Of a stretch of DNA of 32,000 nt, positions 9,143 to 18,236 are shown in pieces. Source of the stretch: Acidothermus cellulolyticus 11B (GTDB taxonomy: Bacteria > Actinomycetota > Actinomycetes > Acidothermales > Acidothermaceae); NCBI RefSeq assembly GCF_000015025.1, contig NC_008578.1:1260001-1292000 (forward strand), written 5' to 3'. The number at the start of each line of letters is the position of its first letter. Positions within the stretch are counted from its first letter, which is position 1. The position numbers and the translations under genes are program-made. The notes beneath the pieces are model-generated. The model worked only from the letters and a program-made list of their open reading frames with translations. It had not been told where the DNA came from and made no database searches.

Positions 9143-11089
9143 ATGAGCATGCTCGGCGGCGTCGGCGGAATGGGCGGCGCATGGCATGGCATGCGATCGT
9201 TCATGCAAGATCGCTCGGTGGTGAACAAGCGGCTCGCGCCGGGCACGATTCGCCGGATCATCCGGTTCGCCAAGCCCTACCGCTGGCTAGTGATCACGCT
9301 TGTCACCCTGCTCGGGGTTGACGCCGCGCTGGGCTCGGTCAATCCGTTGCTCTTCCGCGAAATCATCAACAAGGGAGCGCTCGGCCACCGGCCGGGACTG
9401 GTCGTCGTCCTCGCCCTGGCGGTTGCCGCGATCGCCGTCGTGGACGCCGGGCTCATGCTCGTCGAACGCTACTTCTCCGCCCGGATCGGCGAAGGCTTGA
9501 TCTTCGACATGCGGTCACGGGTGTTCGGCCACGTCCAGCGGATGCCGATCGCCTTCTTCACCCGGACGCAGACCGGAGCGTTGATCAGCAGGCTGAACAA
9601 CGACGTCCTTGGGGCCCAGCAGGCATTCACGTCCACTCTCTCCAGCGTGGTGAGCAACCTGCTCAGCGTCGGTTTCACCCTCGGGGTGATGTTTGCGCTC
9701 TCCTGGCAGATCACCCTGGTGGCGCTTGCACTCCTGCCGATCTTCGTGGTGCCGGCCCGCTGGTTCGGCCGGAAACTGCAGGCCATCACCCGCGAGAGCT
9801 ACAACCTGAACGCGGCGATGAACACGATGATGACCGAGCGGTTCAACGTCGCGGGCGCCCTGCTGGTCGCGCTCTTCGGCCGCCGGGAGGAGGAGGATGC
9901 CACTTTTCAAGCCAAAGCCGGCCGGGTCCGGGACATCGGCGTCACGCAAGCCATGTACGGCGTGGTCTTCTTTGCCTCGCTCATGCTCGTCGCGTCGCTG
10001 GGAACCGCGCTGGTCTATGGCTGGGGTGGGTGGCAGGCTGCCGTCGGCCGGTTGGACGTCGGGACTGTCGTGGCGCTGGGTGCGTACCTCACCCGCCTGT
10101 ACGGGCCGCTCACCGCGCTGTCCAACGTCAATGTGTCGATCATGACGGCATTGGTGTCCTTTGAGCGGGTCTTTGAAGTGCTCGACCTTCCGCTGGCGAT
10201 CGCGGATGCCCCAGGCGCGGTCGAGCTTGACCCGCAGCAGGCACGGACCATCGAGTTCGATCACGTGACGTTCCGGTATCCCGCCGCGAGCGAGGTCTCG
10301 CTTGCCTCCCTGGAGTCGGTGGCCGTGCTGGACGCCAAGCCGGGTGAGATCGTCCTGCGTGACGTGTCGTTCCGCGCGGAACCGGGACAGCTCGTCGCCC
10401 TGGTCGGTCCTTCCGGGGCCGGCAAGACAACGATCGCATCGCTGGTGCCCCGGTTGTACGACGTCACCAGCGGCGCGGTCCGGGTCGGCGGAATCGACGT
10501 CCGGAACGTGACGCTTGCCTCGTTGCGCCGGGTCGTCGGCGTCGTGACGCAGGACAGCCACTTGTTCCACGACACCATCCGGGCGAATCTGCTCTACGCG
10601 AATCCGCACGCGACCGAGGCGGAGCTCATCGACGCGTGCAAGGCGGCGCAGATTTGGGACCTCGTGTCGTCGTTGAAAGACGGCCTCGACACTGTGGTGG
10701 GGGACCGCGGCTACCGGCTCTCCGGCGGGGAGAAGCAGCGGCTGGCCATCGCCCGGTTACTGCTGAAGAAACCGAGCATCGTCGTGTTGGACGAAGCGAC
10801 CGCCCACCTGGATTCCGAATCGGAAGTCGCGGTGCAGCGGGCGCTGAAGACGGCCTTGTCGGGACGGACGTCGCTTGTGATCGCTCACCGGCTCTCCACC
10901 ATCCGGGACGCGGATCTCATTCTGGTCATCGACGAGGGCCGGATCGTCGAACGCGGTACGCACGAGGAGCTGCTCGCACGCAACGGGCTCTATGCCGAGC
11001 TGTACCGCACCCAGTTCGCCGCGTCGCCGCCCCTGGACTTCGCGGCATCCGGCGAACCGGACGCCTCCGAGATCGCCGGCCTGCGGTAA
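9143..11089 (+). CDS. ABC exporter, fused transmembrane + ATP-binding protein (MsbA/type-I exporter fold, presumably homodimeric)
   Basis: 648 aa. N-terminal 6-helix TMD. NBD with Walker A GPSGAGKTT, signature LSGGEKQR, Walker B IVVLDEATAHLD, H-loop IAHR. GGAGGAG lies 9 nt upstream of ATG 9143. Confidence 0.92.
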   Translation: MSMLGGVGGMGGAWHGMRSFMQDRSVVNKRLAPGTIRRIIRFAKPYRWLVITLVTLLGVDAALGSVNPLLFREIINKGALGHRPGLVVVLALAVAAIAVVDAGLMLVERYFSARIGEGLIFDMRSRVFGHVQRMPIAFFTRTQTGALISRLNNDVLGAQQAFTSTLSSVVSNLLSVGFTLGVMFALSWQITLVALALLPIFVVPARWFGRKLQAITRESYNLNAAMNTMMTERFNVAGALLVALFGRREEEDATFQAKAGRVRDIGVTQAMYGVVFFASLMLVASLGTALVYGWGGWQAAVGRLDVGTVVALGAYLTRLYGPLTALSNVNVSIMTALVSFERVFEVLDLPLAIADAPGAVELDPQQARTIEFDHVTFRYPAASEVSLASLESVAVLDAKPGEIVLRDVSFRAEPGQLVALVGPSGAGKTTIASLVPRLYDVTSGAVRVGGIDVRNVTLASLRRVVGVVTQDSHLFHDTIRANLLYANPHATEAELIDACKAAQIWDLVSSLKDGLDTVVGDRGYRLSGGEKQRLAIARLLLKKPSIVVLDEATAHLDSESEVAVQRALKTALSGRTSLVIAHRLSTIRDADLILVIDEGRIVERGTHEELLARNGLYAELYRTQFAASPPLDFAASGEPDASEIAGLR

Positions 11090-11104
11090 GCGTGCAACAC
11101 CCCG

Positions 11105-12988
11105 TTACCACTCACCGAAATTCGCGGCGACCCGGCTGAGCACCTGCGGTATGCTGCGCAACCGGCGCCACGCTCCGACCGTGTATTGCTGAGCACGGTT
11201 GTGAACCGGGCCGGTCTGACCGGCGAGGTTGCACGCCGTATTGACGATTCCGATGTGGCTGTAGGCCTGTGGCACGTTGCCCACTTGCCGCCGGCGGGCG
11301 ACATCCCATTCCTCGCTCAGCAGGCCGAGGTCGTTGCGGAGGGAGAGCAGCCGTTCGTAAATCTCCCGAGCCTCGGCCGTCCGGCCGGCAAGGCACAGTG
11401 CGTCCGCCAGCCAGAACGTGCACGCGAGGAAGACTCCTTCCTCGCCGGCCAGCCCGTCGATGCCGGTGGTGTCATTCGAGGTGCGATACCGGCGGACGAG
11501 GCCGTCCACGACGAGCTCCCGCTGGATTGCTTCGATCGTCCGGAGCACCCGTTCATCCTTGGCCGGCAGAAATCCGTACGCGGGGATGAGGAGCAACGCA
11601 GCGTCGAGTTCGCGCGAACCGTACACCTGCGTGAAGCAACCGAGTTCCGCGTTGTAACCGTGTTCCAGGACGTCGCGGGAAATCTCGTCCCGCAGTGCTT
11701 TCCAACGGTCGACCGGGCCGGTCAACCCCCACCGTTCCACCCCGCGGATCACCCGGTCGACCGCAACCCAGGCCATCACCTTCGAGTGGGTGAAATGCTG
11801 AGGGTCGCCGCGGATTTCCCAGATGCCGTTATCCGGATCCCGCCAGTGTCCTTCAAGAAAGTCCATGACGACACGCTGAAACGACCAAGCCTGCTCGTCC
11901 GGAGCCAATCCCGCCGTCCGGGCCAGGTCGAGCGCGTCCATCACCTCGCCATAGACGTCGAGTTGGAATTGTTCGGAGGCGGCGTTGCCCACCCGGACCG
12001 GCCGGGAATTCTCATACCCGGCGAGCCACGGCACCTCGTACTCCAGCAGCCGTCGTCGTCCGTCGATGCCGTACATGATCTGCATGTCTTTCGGGTCACC
12101 GGCTACTGCGCGAATGAGCCACTCCCGCCACGCCTTCGCCTCCTCCTCATAACCGGCGTCGAGCAATGCGTGGAGGGTCATCGTCGCATCGCGCAACCAG
12201 CAGTACCGGTAATCCCAGTTCCGGCTGCCGCCGATCTGTTCCGGCAGTGACGTCGTCGCCGCAGCGACGATCCCGCCGGTCGGCCGGTAGGTCAAGGCCT
12301 TCAGCACGATAAGCGAGCGAACAACCGCTTCGTAATAGGGACTCTCACGGTCAAACGCGTTGCGGGATATCCATTTCTGCCAGTATTTCTCGGTGTCCCG
12401 AAGGGCGCGCGTGGGATCGGGACTGCGCGGCGGCGGCCAGTGCGACGGATTCCACGTGAGCGAGAACGCCAGCCGGTCGCCCGAGACGACGGTGAATTCT
12501 GAGACCGTCGAGAAGTCCACGCCCTTTGTCGGCACAGGTGAGCGGAACCACAGCGCATCAGGGCCGGCGATCGCGCCGAGGACGCCGTCGTGGCGGGTCA
12601 CCCACGGGACGATGTGGCCGTAGTCGAACCGGATGCGGAGCGTGCTCCGCATGGGGACCCGGCCGGACACTCCCTCCACGATGCGGACGACGTCCGGAAG
12701 CTCGTCACGCGGAGGCATGAAGTCGATGAGCCGAACCGTGCCCTCCGGTGTGACCCACTCGTGTTCCAGGATCAACGTGTCGCCGCGGTATTGCCGGCGC
12801 GTGGCGTCACCACCAGCGGCCGGCGCGATCGTCCAATGGCCGTTCTCTTCGTCACCGAGCAGCGCCGCGAAGCAGGCGGCGGAGTCGAACCTTGGAAAAC
12901 AGAGCCAATCGATCGAACCACCGCGGCTGACCAGCGCAGCGGTATGCATGTCGCCGATCAGACCGTAGTCCTCGATGGGTCGTGACAC
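11105..12988 (-). CDS. Glycoside hydrolase family 15 protein (glucoamylase/trehalase-like)
   Basis: IEDYGLIGDMHTAALVSRGGSIDWLCFPRFDS at the N-terminus and NWDYRYCWLRDAT in the (alpha/alpha)6 catalytic domain. I moved the start from track TTG 13006 to GTG 12988 because GGGAGGTGGGA lies 6-7 nt upstream. Confidence 0.9.
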   Translation of the reverse strand: MSRPIEDYGLIGDMHTAALVSRGGSIDWLCFPRFDSAACFAALLGDEENGHWTIAPAAGGDATRRQYRGDTLILEHEWVTPEGTVRLIDFMPPRDELPDVVRIVEGVSGRVPMRSTLRIRFDYGHIVPWVTRHDGVLGAIAGPDALWFRSPVPTKGVDFSTVSEFTVVSGDRLAFSLTWNPSHWPPPRSPDPTRALRDTEKYWQKWISRNAFDRESPYYEAVVRSLIVLKALTYRPTGGIVAAATTSLPEQIGGSRNWDYRYCWLRDATMTLHALLDAGYEEEAKAWREWLIRAVAGDPKDMQIMYGIDGRRRLLEYEVPWLAGYENSRPVRVGNAASEQFQLDVYGEVMDALDLARTAGLAPDEQAWSFQRVVMDFLEGHWRDPDNGIWEIRGDPQHFTHSKVMAWVAVDRVIRGVERWGLTGPVDRWKALRDEISRDVLEHGYNAELGCFTQVYGSRELDAALLLIPAYGFLPAKDERVLRTIEAIQRELVVDGLVRRYRTSNDTTGIDGLAGEEGVFLACTFWLADALCLAGRTAEAREIYERLLSLRNDLGLLSEEWDVARRRQVGNVPQAYSHIGIVNTACNLAGQTGPVHNRAQQYTVGAWRRLRSIPQVLSRVAANFGEW

Positions 12989-13139
12989 GCTGATCCCACC
13001 TCCCAAGACGGTGCGTCCGGTCGCCTGCGCGCCGGGCAGTCGTCGGTGCGGCCGCGGCCGGTGCGACGACCCGCGCGCGGGTGGCTCTCATCCTTCCGTA
13101 CCCTGGAACCAACCCGCAAACAGGTTGCGAAGGGGAATC

Positions 13140-13478
13140 GTGAAACGCCGCGTGGCGGCAGCCGCTGTTATTGCCCTCGGGTGCATGCTCGCCTCCTGTA
13201 AGCAGACCGCCGGCCTGGCCCGCCAGGAGCTCGTCGTGCAGTTCCGGCCCGGTGCCACTCAGGCCGACCACGAGCGAGTGTGGCGTGCCTGCCCAGGCGG
13301 TCCACGCATCGTCCGCGAACCGCTGGACACCACGAGCAGCTACGCCGCAACCCTCCTGAACAACGTGCGGTATCGCGTTGACACGGCGTCGAACTACGAC
13401 CTCGCCCAACTGATCCAGTGTCTGCAGCGGGATCCGAGCGTCGCCGGTTATTCCATCACCGGAGGCGATAACCAGTGA
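13140..13478 (+). CDS. Small lipoprotein of unknown function (112 aa)
   Basis: In-frame GTG 13140 with GAAGGGGA upstream. VKRRVAAAAVIALGCMLASC = signal peptide plus lipobox LASC. The upstream part of track ORF 12975..13478 is Arg/Gly/Pro-rich and overlaps the GH15 start. No family recognised. Confidence 0.65.
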   Translation: MKRRVAAAAVIALGCMLASCKQTAGLARQELVVQFRPGATQADHERVWRACPGGPRIVREPLDTTSSYAATLLNNVRYRVDTASNYDLAQLIQCLQRDPSVAGYSITGGDNQ

Positions 13479-13484
13479 AGCGGC

Positions 13485-14465
13485 TTATTCTCCGCCGCGG
13501 GAGGGTGAGCCGATCTGGATCATCCGTTCGACGCTGCGCCGCGCCCGAGCGGCGATCTCGGGATCGACGTCCACCTCGAAGACGCCGTCGCGCAGGCTGC
13601 GGAGGAGCTTCTCCGGCGTAATCATCTTCATGTACGGGCAGACGGCCCGGTCGGTGATGGGCTGAAAATCCGTGCCGGGCGCGCGTCGGCGAAGCTGGTG
13701 CAGGATGCCGGTCTCGGTGGCGACCAGCACCCGCCGCGCCTGGGTCTGCTCGGCGTACGCGACCATGCCTCCGGTCGAGAGGATCTTGGTACGCTCGCGG
13801 GGCAAGTCGCCGGCGCCGGCCAGGTAGAGGGCAGTCGTCGTACAGCCGCACTCAGGGTGGATGAGGATGTCGGCATCCGGTTCGTCGGCGATCCGGCGGC
13901 GCAGCTCGGCCGGGGAAATCTCGGCGTGCACATGACATTCGCCGGCCCACACGTCCATGTCACGGCCGGTCACCCGCCGGACGTGCGCACCGAGAAACTG
14001 GTCGGGAATGAAGAAAATCGGCACGCCCTCCGGAATGGAGCGGACGACGTCAGCGGCGTTCGACGACGTACAGCAGATATCGGACTCCGCCTTGACCTCA
14101 GCGCTGGTATTGACGTACGCCACGACGACGCCGTCCGGATGAGTGGCTTTCCACGCGCGGACGTCGTCCGCGGTGATGCTCGCCGCTAGGGAGCAACCCG
14201 CCTCCGGTTCGGGAAGCAGCACAGTCTTGTCAGGGGAGAGAATTTTGGCCGTCTCAGCCATGAAATGCACGCCGCAGAACACGATGACGTCGGCCGGGTG
14301 TTCCGCCGCGACCCGCGACAACGCCAGGGAATCGCCGACGTGGTCGGCGACGTCTTGAATTTCCGGCAGCTGGTAGTTGTGCGCGAGAATGACGGCGTTC
14401 CGCTGATCGGCAAGCCGGCGGACTTCGGCCGCCCACGACGTCATGACGGCAGGTTCAGCGGTCAT
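13485..14465 (-). CDS. nadA: Quinolinate synthase NadA
   Basis: 326 aa. [64 protein letters not shown]. Alternative ATG at 14444. Confidence 0.95.
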   Translation of the reverse strand: MTAEPAVMTSWAAEVRRLADQRNAVILAHNYQLPEIQDVADHVGDSLALSRVAAEHPADVIVFCGVHFMAETAKILSPDKTVLLPEPEAGCSLAASITADDVRAWKATHPDGVVVAYVNTSAEVKAESDICCTSSNAADVVRSIPEGVPIFFIPDQFLGAHVRRVTGRDMDVWAGECHVHAEISPAELRRRIADEPDADILIHPECGCTTTALYLAGAGDLPRERTKILSTGGMVAYAEQTQARRVLVATETGILHQLRRRAPGTDFQPITDRAVCPYMKMITPEKLLRSLRDGVFEVDVDPEIAARARRSVERMIQIGSPSRGGE

Positions 14466-14898
14466 TGTCCATCCGATTCGTTGTCGCTTCGGGTAGGTGT
14501 GCGTTCATCGGTGAATCGCGGTCAGCGTCATCATGCCGGCCGGTGGACGGCGAAATCTGCCGGGCCTCCTCCGATCCGGCGGCACGCCCACCCTCGCCCG
14601 GCCGGAGGAACAGTGGCTCTTGCTCGTCCCGGGACGGCCCGGCGTTCGCCGCCACAACGGCGAGCCATGGCAGGGCGACGCCGGCGACGATAGCCACCAA
14701 CCGCATCCAGCCGTGAAAAACGAAGATGGCGAGGACGACGGCGGCGGTCCGCACGGCCATCGAGAACACGTACCGGCGGAATCGATGTGACAACTCGACC
14801 GAGTGCGGCGGACGCGCCGTCGTCACCAGGGGCACCGGCGTGCGATGCGAGCGGCCCCAACCTGTCACGCTTTTCACCGTACCGACTGGTACGCCCAT
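14455..14898 (-). CDS. DUF3099-type small membrane protein
   Basis: The core [51 protein letters not shown] forms two helices typical of DUF3099. I set the start at ATG 14898 because the track ORF extends antisense through dodecin. No SD motif, so the start is uncertain. Its stop overlaps the nadA start by 11 nt. Confidence 0.7.
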   Translation of the reverse strand: MGVPVGTVKSVTGWGRSHRTPVPLVTTARPPHSVELSHRFRRYVFSMAVRTAAVVLAIFVFHGWMRLVAIVAGVALPWLAVVAANAGPSRDEQEPLFLRPGEGGRAAGSEEARQISPSTGRHDDADRDSPMNAHLPEATTNRMDNDR

Positions 14899-14919
14899 CA
14901 GCGGATGCGAGGAGGGACC

Positions 14920-15132
14920 ATGACGGACCGAACCTACCGGATCACCGAGATTGTCGGCACGTCGCGAGAAAGTGTCCAGCAAGCAATTCGCAACGGCATC
15001 AAGCGCGCGGCACAGACGCTGCGCCACCTGGACTGGTTTGAGGTCACGCAGATCCGCGGAAACCTGATCAACGGTGAGGTCGACCACTTCCAGGTGACCC
15101 TGAAGGTCGGTTTCCGGCTGGAGGATCCCTGA
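14920..15132 (+). CDS. Dodecin family flavin-binding protein (70 aa)
   Basis: MTDRTYRITEIVGTSRESVQQAIRNGIKRAAQTLRHLDWFEVTQIRGNLINGEVDHFQVTLKVGFRLE. GGAGGG lies 3-4 nt upstream of ATG 14920. Confidence 0.88.
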   Translation: MTDRTYRITEIVGTSRESVQQAIRNGIKRAAQTLRHLDWFEVTQIRGNLINGEVDHFQVTLKVGFRLEDP

Positions 15133-15134
15133 TC

Positions 15135-15172
15135 CGCCCAGTCTGTCAGGACGCCCAGTCTGTCAGGACGCC
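15135..15172. repeat. 17-nt tandem duplication (cgcccagtctgtcagga x2 plus partial cgcc) spanning the pmbA stop codon
   Basis: Read directly: units at 15135-15151 and 15152-15168, then a 4-nt partial unit. The pmbA stop (15163-15165) lies in unit 2. Confidence 0.9.
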
Positions 15173-16581
15173 TGCGAGACCGTGCTCATGTTGAAGTCAG
15201 CGACCCGCAGCGGCGGCATCGCGGTACGGGTGAAGTAGTCGTTCCACTCGCGGGGGAGACACGGCACCGTCCCTCCGCCTTCCGTCACGCGTGCCAGCAG
15301 GTCGACCGGGCTCTCGTTGAACCGGAAATTGTTCACCGCGGCGACCACCTCGCCGTCCTCGACCAGATACAGACCGTCGCGGGTCAACCCGGTGAGGAGG
15401 AGGGTCTGCGGGTCGACCTCGCGGATGTACCACAGCGACGTGACGAGCAGACTGCGCCGGCTCGATGCGATCATTTCCGACAACGTCGCTTGCCCGTCGG
15501 CGTGCGTGAGGATGAGGTTGTCGATCGCCGGCGTCACCGGCAGCCCGGTGAGCCGGGCCGAATAGCGGGTCTGCAGCAGCGCCGCGAGCCTGCCACGGTC
15601 GATCCATGCGGTCGGGCCGAGCGGAAGGCCGTTGTCGAAAACCGAGCTCTCCCCGGTGGACGTGTGCGCGATGACAAACGGCTCGCATTCCAGACCAGGC
15701 TCGAACGGATCGCTCCGCAGGGTAAGCGGTACGCCGGTGAGCTGGTCGCCGACACGGGTGCCGCCGCCCGGCTTGCTGAAGACCGTACGACCGTCATGGG
15801 CGTCCCGCGCACCGGCCGACCAGTACAGGTAAATCATCAAGTCCGCGACAGCCGTCGGGGGGAGCAGCGTCTCGTACCGGCCGGGCGGAAGCTCGATCGA
15901 CCGCTCAGCCCAGCCGAGCCGCTGCGCGATGTCGGCGTGCAGAGCGGCAATGTCGACGTCCTGGAAGGTACGGGTCCCGGCCGCGACCCAGGCCGACCGC
16001 CGGTGGTCGGTGGACCGGCCGGTCAGCTCGATCTTTCCGGTCGGCTGGTCGTGCCGGAGCCGCACACCCGTTGACGTCGCCAGGTACGTCGTGCGCATCT
16101 GATGCTCGGCGAAGCCGAACAGCAGCCGGCCCTCCTTGTCCGCCCGGCTCAGCTCCGCGCCGAGCCCGGCAACCAGGTCGGTGAAGACACCGCCGGACGT
16201 CTCATGCGGAGGTTCGGACCAGGCGGGGGAATTCCGGTCGCCGGGTTCGACGAGCGGCGCGGCGTCCTCGGCTGGAGTGCTCGACCGGGCGGCGCCGACC
16301 GCGGCGTCCACCAATTCGGTGACATCGGTGTCGGCGGTGACGCTGCGGGAAACGACACCCGCGGCGATACCGGTGCCGGCGCCGTCGTGCTGCGGCACCG
16401 TCGCAATGACCGTAATGCGCCGTTGCCGGGTGACGCCGTTCGTCGTCAGCGTGTTATTCGCCCAGCGCAGATTCGCGGAACTGTCCTCGTCGACCAGCAC
16501 AATGCACCCGTCGACGTCGCAGGTGCCCCGCGCACGCTCGAGAATCGTCTCGGCGGCGTCCTGCGGCGAGAATGCGGCCAT
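15163..16581 (-). CDS. pmbA: PmbA/TldE-type partner subunit of the TldD metalloprotease (TldD/PmbA family, no HExxxH)
   Basis: 472 aa. Family-typical N-terminus (SSANLRWANNTLTTNG) and C-terminus (FRFNESP..., LRVADFNMS). Its ATG 16581 lies 1 nt after the tldD stop. Confidence 0.9.
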   Translation of the reverse strand: MAAFSPQDAAETILERARGTCDVDGCIVLVDEDSSANLRWANNTLTTNGVTRQRRITVIATVPQHDGAGTGIAAGVVSRSVTADTDVTELVDAAVGAARSSTPAEDAAPLVEPGDRNSPAWSEPPHETSGGVFTDLVAGLGAELSRADKEGRLLFGFAEHQMRTTYLATSTGVRLRHDQPTGKIELTGRSTDHRRSAWVAAGTRTFQDVDIAALHADIAQRLGWAERSIELPPGRYETLLPPTAVADLMIYLYWSAGARDAHDGRTVFSKPGGGTRVGDQLTGVPLTLRSDPFEPGLECEPFVIAHTSTGESSVFDNGLPLGPTAWIDRGRLAALLQTRYSARLTGLPVTPAIDNLILTHADGQATLSEMIASSRRSLLVTSLWYIREVDPQTLLLTGLTRDGLYLVEDGEVVAAVNNFRFNESPVDLLARVTEGGGTVPCLPREWNDYFTRTAMPPLRVADFNMSTVSQAS

Positions 16582-16582
16582 G

Positions 16583-18100
16583 TCACCGGCCTCCTTCCTG
16601 GACGGTATTGAGAATCCGGACGCCGCGGAACAACGCGCTGGGACAACCGTGACTCACCGCTGCGATCTGACCCGGTTGACCTTTCCCGCAGTTGAAGGCG
16701 CCGCCGAGAACGTACGTCTGCGGTCCGCCGACGGCTTCCATCGCGCCCCAGAAATCGGTCGTCGTCGCCTGGTAAGCGACGTCCCGGATTTGCCGGGTGA
16801 GACGGCCGCCACGAATTTCGAAGAAACGCTGCCCGGTGAACTGGAAATTGTACCGTTGCATGTCGATGGACCAGCTCTTGTCACCGACGATGTAAATGCC
16901 CCGGTCGACCATCCCGATGAGCTCCTGCGTCGACGGCCCGTCCGGCGCCGGCTGCAGGGAGACGTTGGCCATCCGCTGAATCGGCATGTGCGCGGCGCAA
17001 TCGGCGAACGCACACCCGTTGGAGCGCGGAAATCCCTTGAGCCGGGCGATCCGCCGGTCGAGTTGATATCCGACGAGAATTCCGTCGCGGATGAGGTCGA
17101 ACTGCTGGGCGGCGACTCCCTCGTCGTCGTACCCGATGGTGGCCAGGCCATGGACGGCGGTCCGGTCGCCGGTCACGTGCATGATGGGCGACCCGTACCG
17201 CAGCGAACCGAGTTTGTCGAAGGTGGCGAAACTGGTGCCTGCGTAGGCGGCCTCGTATCCCAGTGCTCGATCGAGCTCCGTGGCGTGGCCGATCGACTCG
17301 TGAATCGTGAGCCAGAGATTGCTCGGGTCGATGACCAGGTCGTAGCGGCCGGGTTCGACGGACGGCGCAACCAGTTTCTCGGCCAGCCACTCGGGGAGTT
17401 GGGCAAGTTCGCTCTCCCAGTCAAAGCCGGTGCCGGTGAGGTACTCCCAGCCGCGGCCGGCCGGTGAGGCGATCGTGTCCATCGTCTCGAACCGCCCGGT
17501 GGTTTCGTCGACCGCTACCGCCGTCAGGGTCGGCATGACCCGAACCCGCTGCTGGATCGTCGACGTACCGGCGGTATCCGCGTAAAACTTGTTCTCCAGC
17601 ACCTGCGCGACACCGGCGTCCACATGGTCGACATGCGGTGACGCGAGAAGGCGGCGGCTGCGCTCGGCGAGCAATTCGATTTTCTCGTTGTCCGGCACGC
17701 TGAACGGATCGACCTCGTACGCCGAAATCCATATCGCGTCGCGATAGACCGGCTCCGGCGCCAATTCAACCGGTTCACGGTTGATGGCCTTGGCGGCGCG
17801 GGCGATTTCGACCGCCCGTCCGGCGACCGCGCGGGCCGCCTCCGGGGTCATGTCGACACCGGCGGCGAAACCCCATGTCCCGTCGGCAATGACCCGGACC
17901 GCGAACCCGATGTCCTCGTCGTCGATCCGGCCTTCCAGCCGGCCGTCCCGCAGCCGGAGGTGTTGGCTGCGAATGCGCTCCACCCGAACGTCGGCATGCT
18001 GCGCGCCGAGGCGACGCGCCTCATCGAGGGCGGCGTCCGCCAATCGCGTGAGGGGCAGCGCGAGGAAGGCGGGTTCAATGGCGCGATGGTCGGCAGGCAT
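16583..18100 (-). CDS. tldD: TldD family zinc metalloprotease
   Basis: HESIGHATELD metal-binding motif and the GAFNCGKGQPGQ C-terminal motif. I set the start at ATG 18100 (GGGAGGGA 5 nt upstream) rather than track GTG 18133. Confidence 0.92.
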   Translation of the reverse strand: MPADHRAIEPAFLALPLTRLADAALDEARRLGAQHADVRVERIRSQHLRLRDGRLEGRIDDEDIGFAVRVIADGTWGFAAGVDMTPEAARAVAGRAVEIARAAKAINREPVELAPEPVYRDAIWISAYEVDPFSVPDNEKIELLAERSRRLLASPHVDHVDAGVAQVLENKFYADTAGTSTIQQRVRVMPTLTAVAVDETTGRFETMDTIASPAGRGWEYLTGTGFDWESELAQLPEWLAEKLVAPSVEPGRYDLVIDPSNLWLTIHESIGHATELDRALGYEAAYAGTSFATFDKLGSLRYGSPIMHVTGDRTAVHGLATIGYDDEGVAAQQFDLIRDGILVGYQLDRRIARLKGFPRSNGCAFADCAAHMPIQRMANVSLQPAPDGPSTQELIGMVDRGIYIVGDKSWSIDMQRYNFQFTGQRFFEIRGGRLTRQIRDVAYQATTTDFWGAMEAVGGPQTYVLGGAFNCGKGQPGQIAAVSHGCPSALFRGVRILNTVQEGGR

Positions 18101-18165
18101 CGGCGTCCCTCCCGGTAGCGGTTCCCCCGCCACCTTAAGACCGGGCGGAAAGACCGCAAACGCGC

Positions 18166-18201
18166 CACTGCCCCGCCGGGTGCGCGGGCGGCGGGGCAGT
18201 G
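18166..18201 (-). terminator. Strong GC hairpin between the STAS gene stop and the tldD start
   Basis: cactgccccgcc ... ggcggggcagtg: a perfect 12-13-bp stem with a roughly 10-nt loop, 36 nt downstream of the STAS stop on the minus strand. Confidence 0.5.
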
Positions 18202-18236
18202 GGTCGGGGACGGCGCAGAGGGGTGCCTGCCTGCCG

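Noticed and set aside
8599-9273. 224-aa minus-strand ORF filling the HTH/ABC spacer
   Set aside because: It overlaps both neighbouring real genes, and has no SD and no motifs. I treat the spacer as non-coding.
9016-9321. Small Cys-containing ORF (VIGPASSVNRGFCGKPRRWVVGGNVNAGSACCTWQG...) just upstream of the ABC exporter, considered as a RiPP or bacteriocin precursor
   Set aside because: The frame has no stop before running about 180 nt into the exporter CDS. The tail is poly-Arg. There are no modification enzymes nearby and no SD. Most likely an off-frame artefact.
9515-10609. 364-aa minus-strand ORF
   Set aside because: Antisense to the ABC exporter, which has full Walker and signature motifs. 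No motifs of its own.
14455-15087. Long (210-aa) version of the DUF3099 ORF, and other N-terminally extended track ORFs (1757, 6831, 12975, 13006, 18133, 18761, 25087, 25219, 26625, 27730, 30919)
   Set aside because: The extensions run antisense or off-frame through neighbouring genes or through spacers. They are Arg/Pro/Gly-rich. They are superseded by internal starts that have SD motifs or that coincide with domain or signal-peptide boundaries.
15163-18100. TldD/PmbA as part of a microcin B17-like RiPP cluster
   Set aside because: No precursor peptide, cyclodehydratase/dehydrogenase or dedicated exporter genes are adjacent. The pair looks like the widespread housekeeping version.
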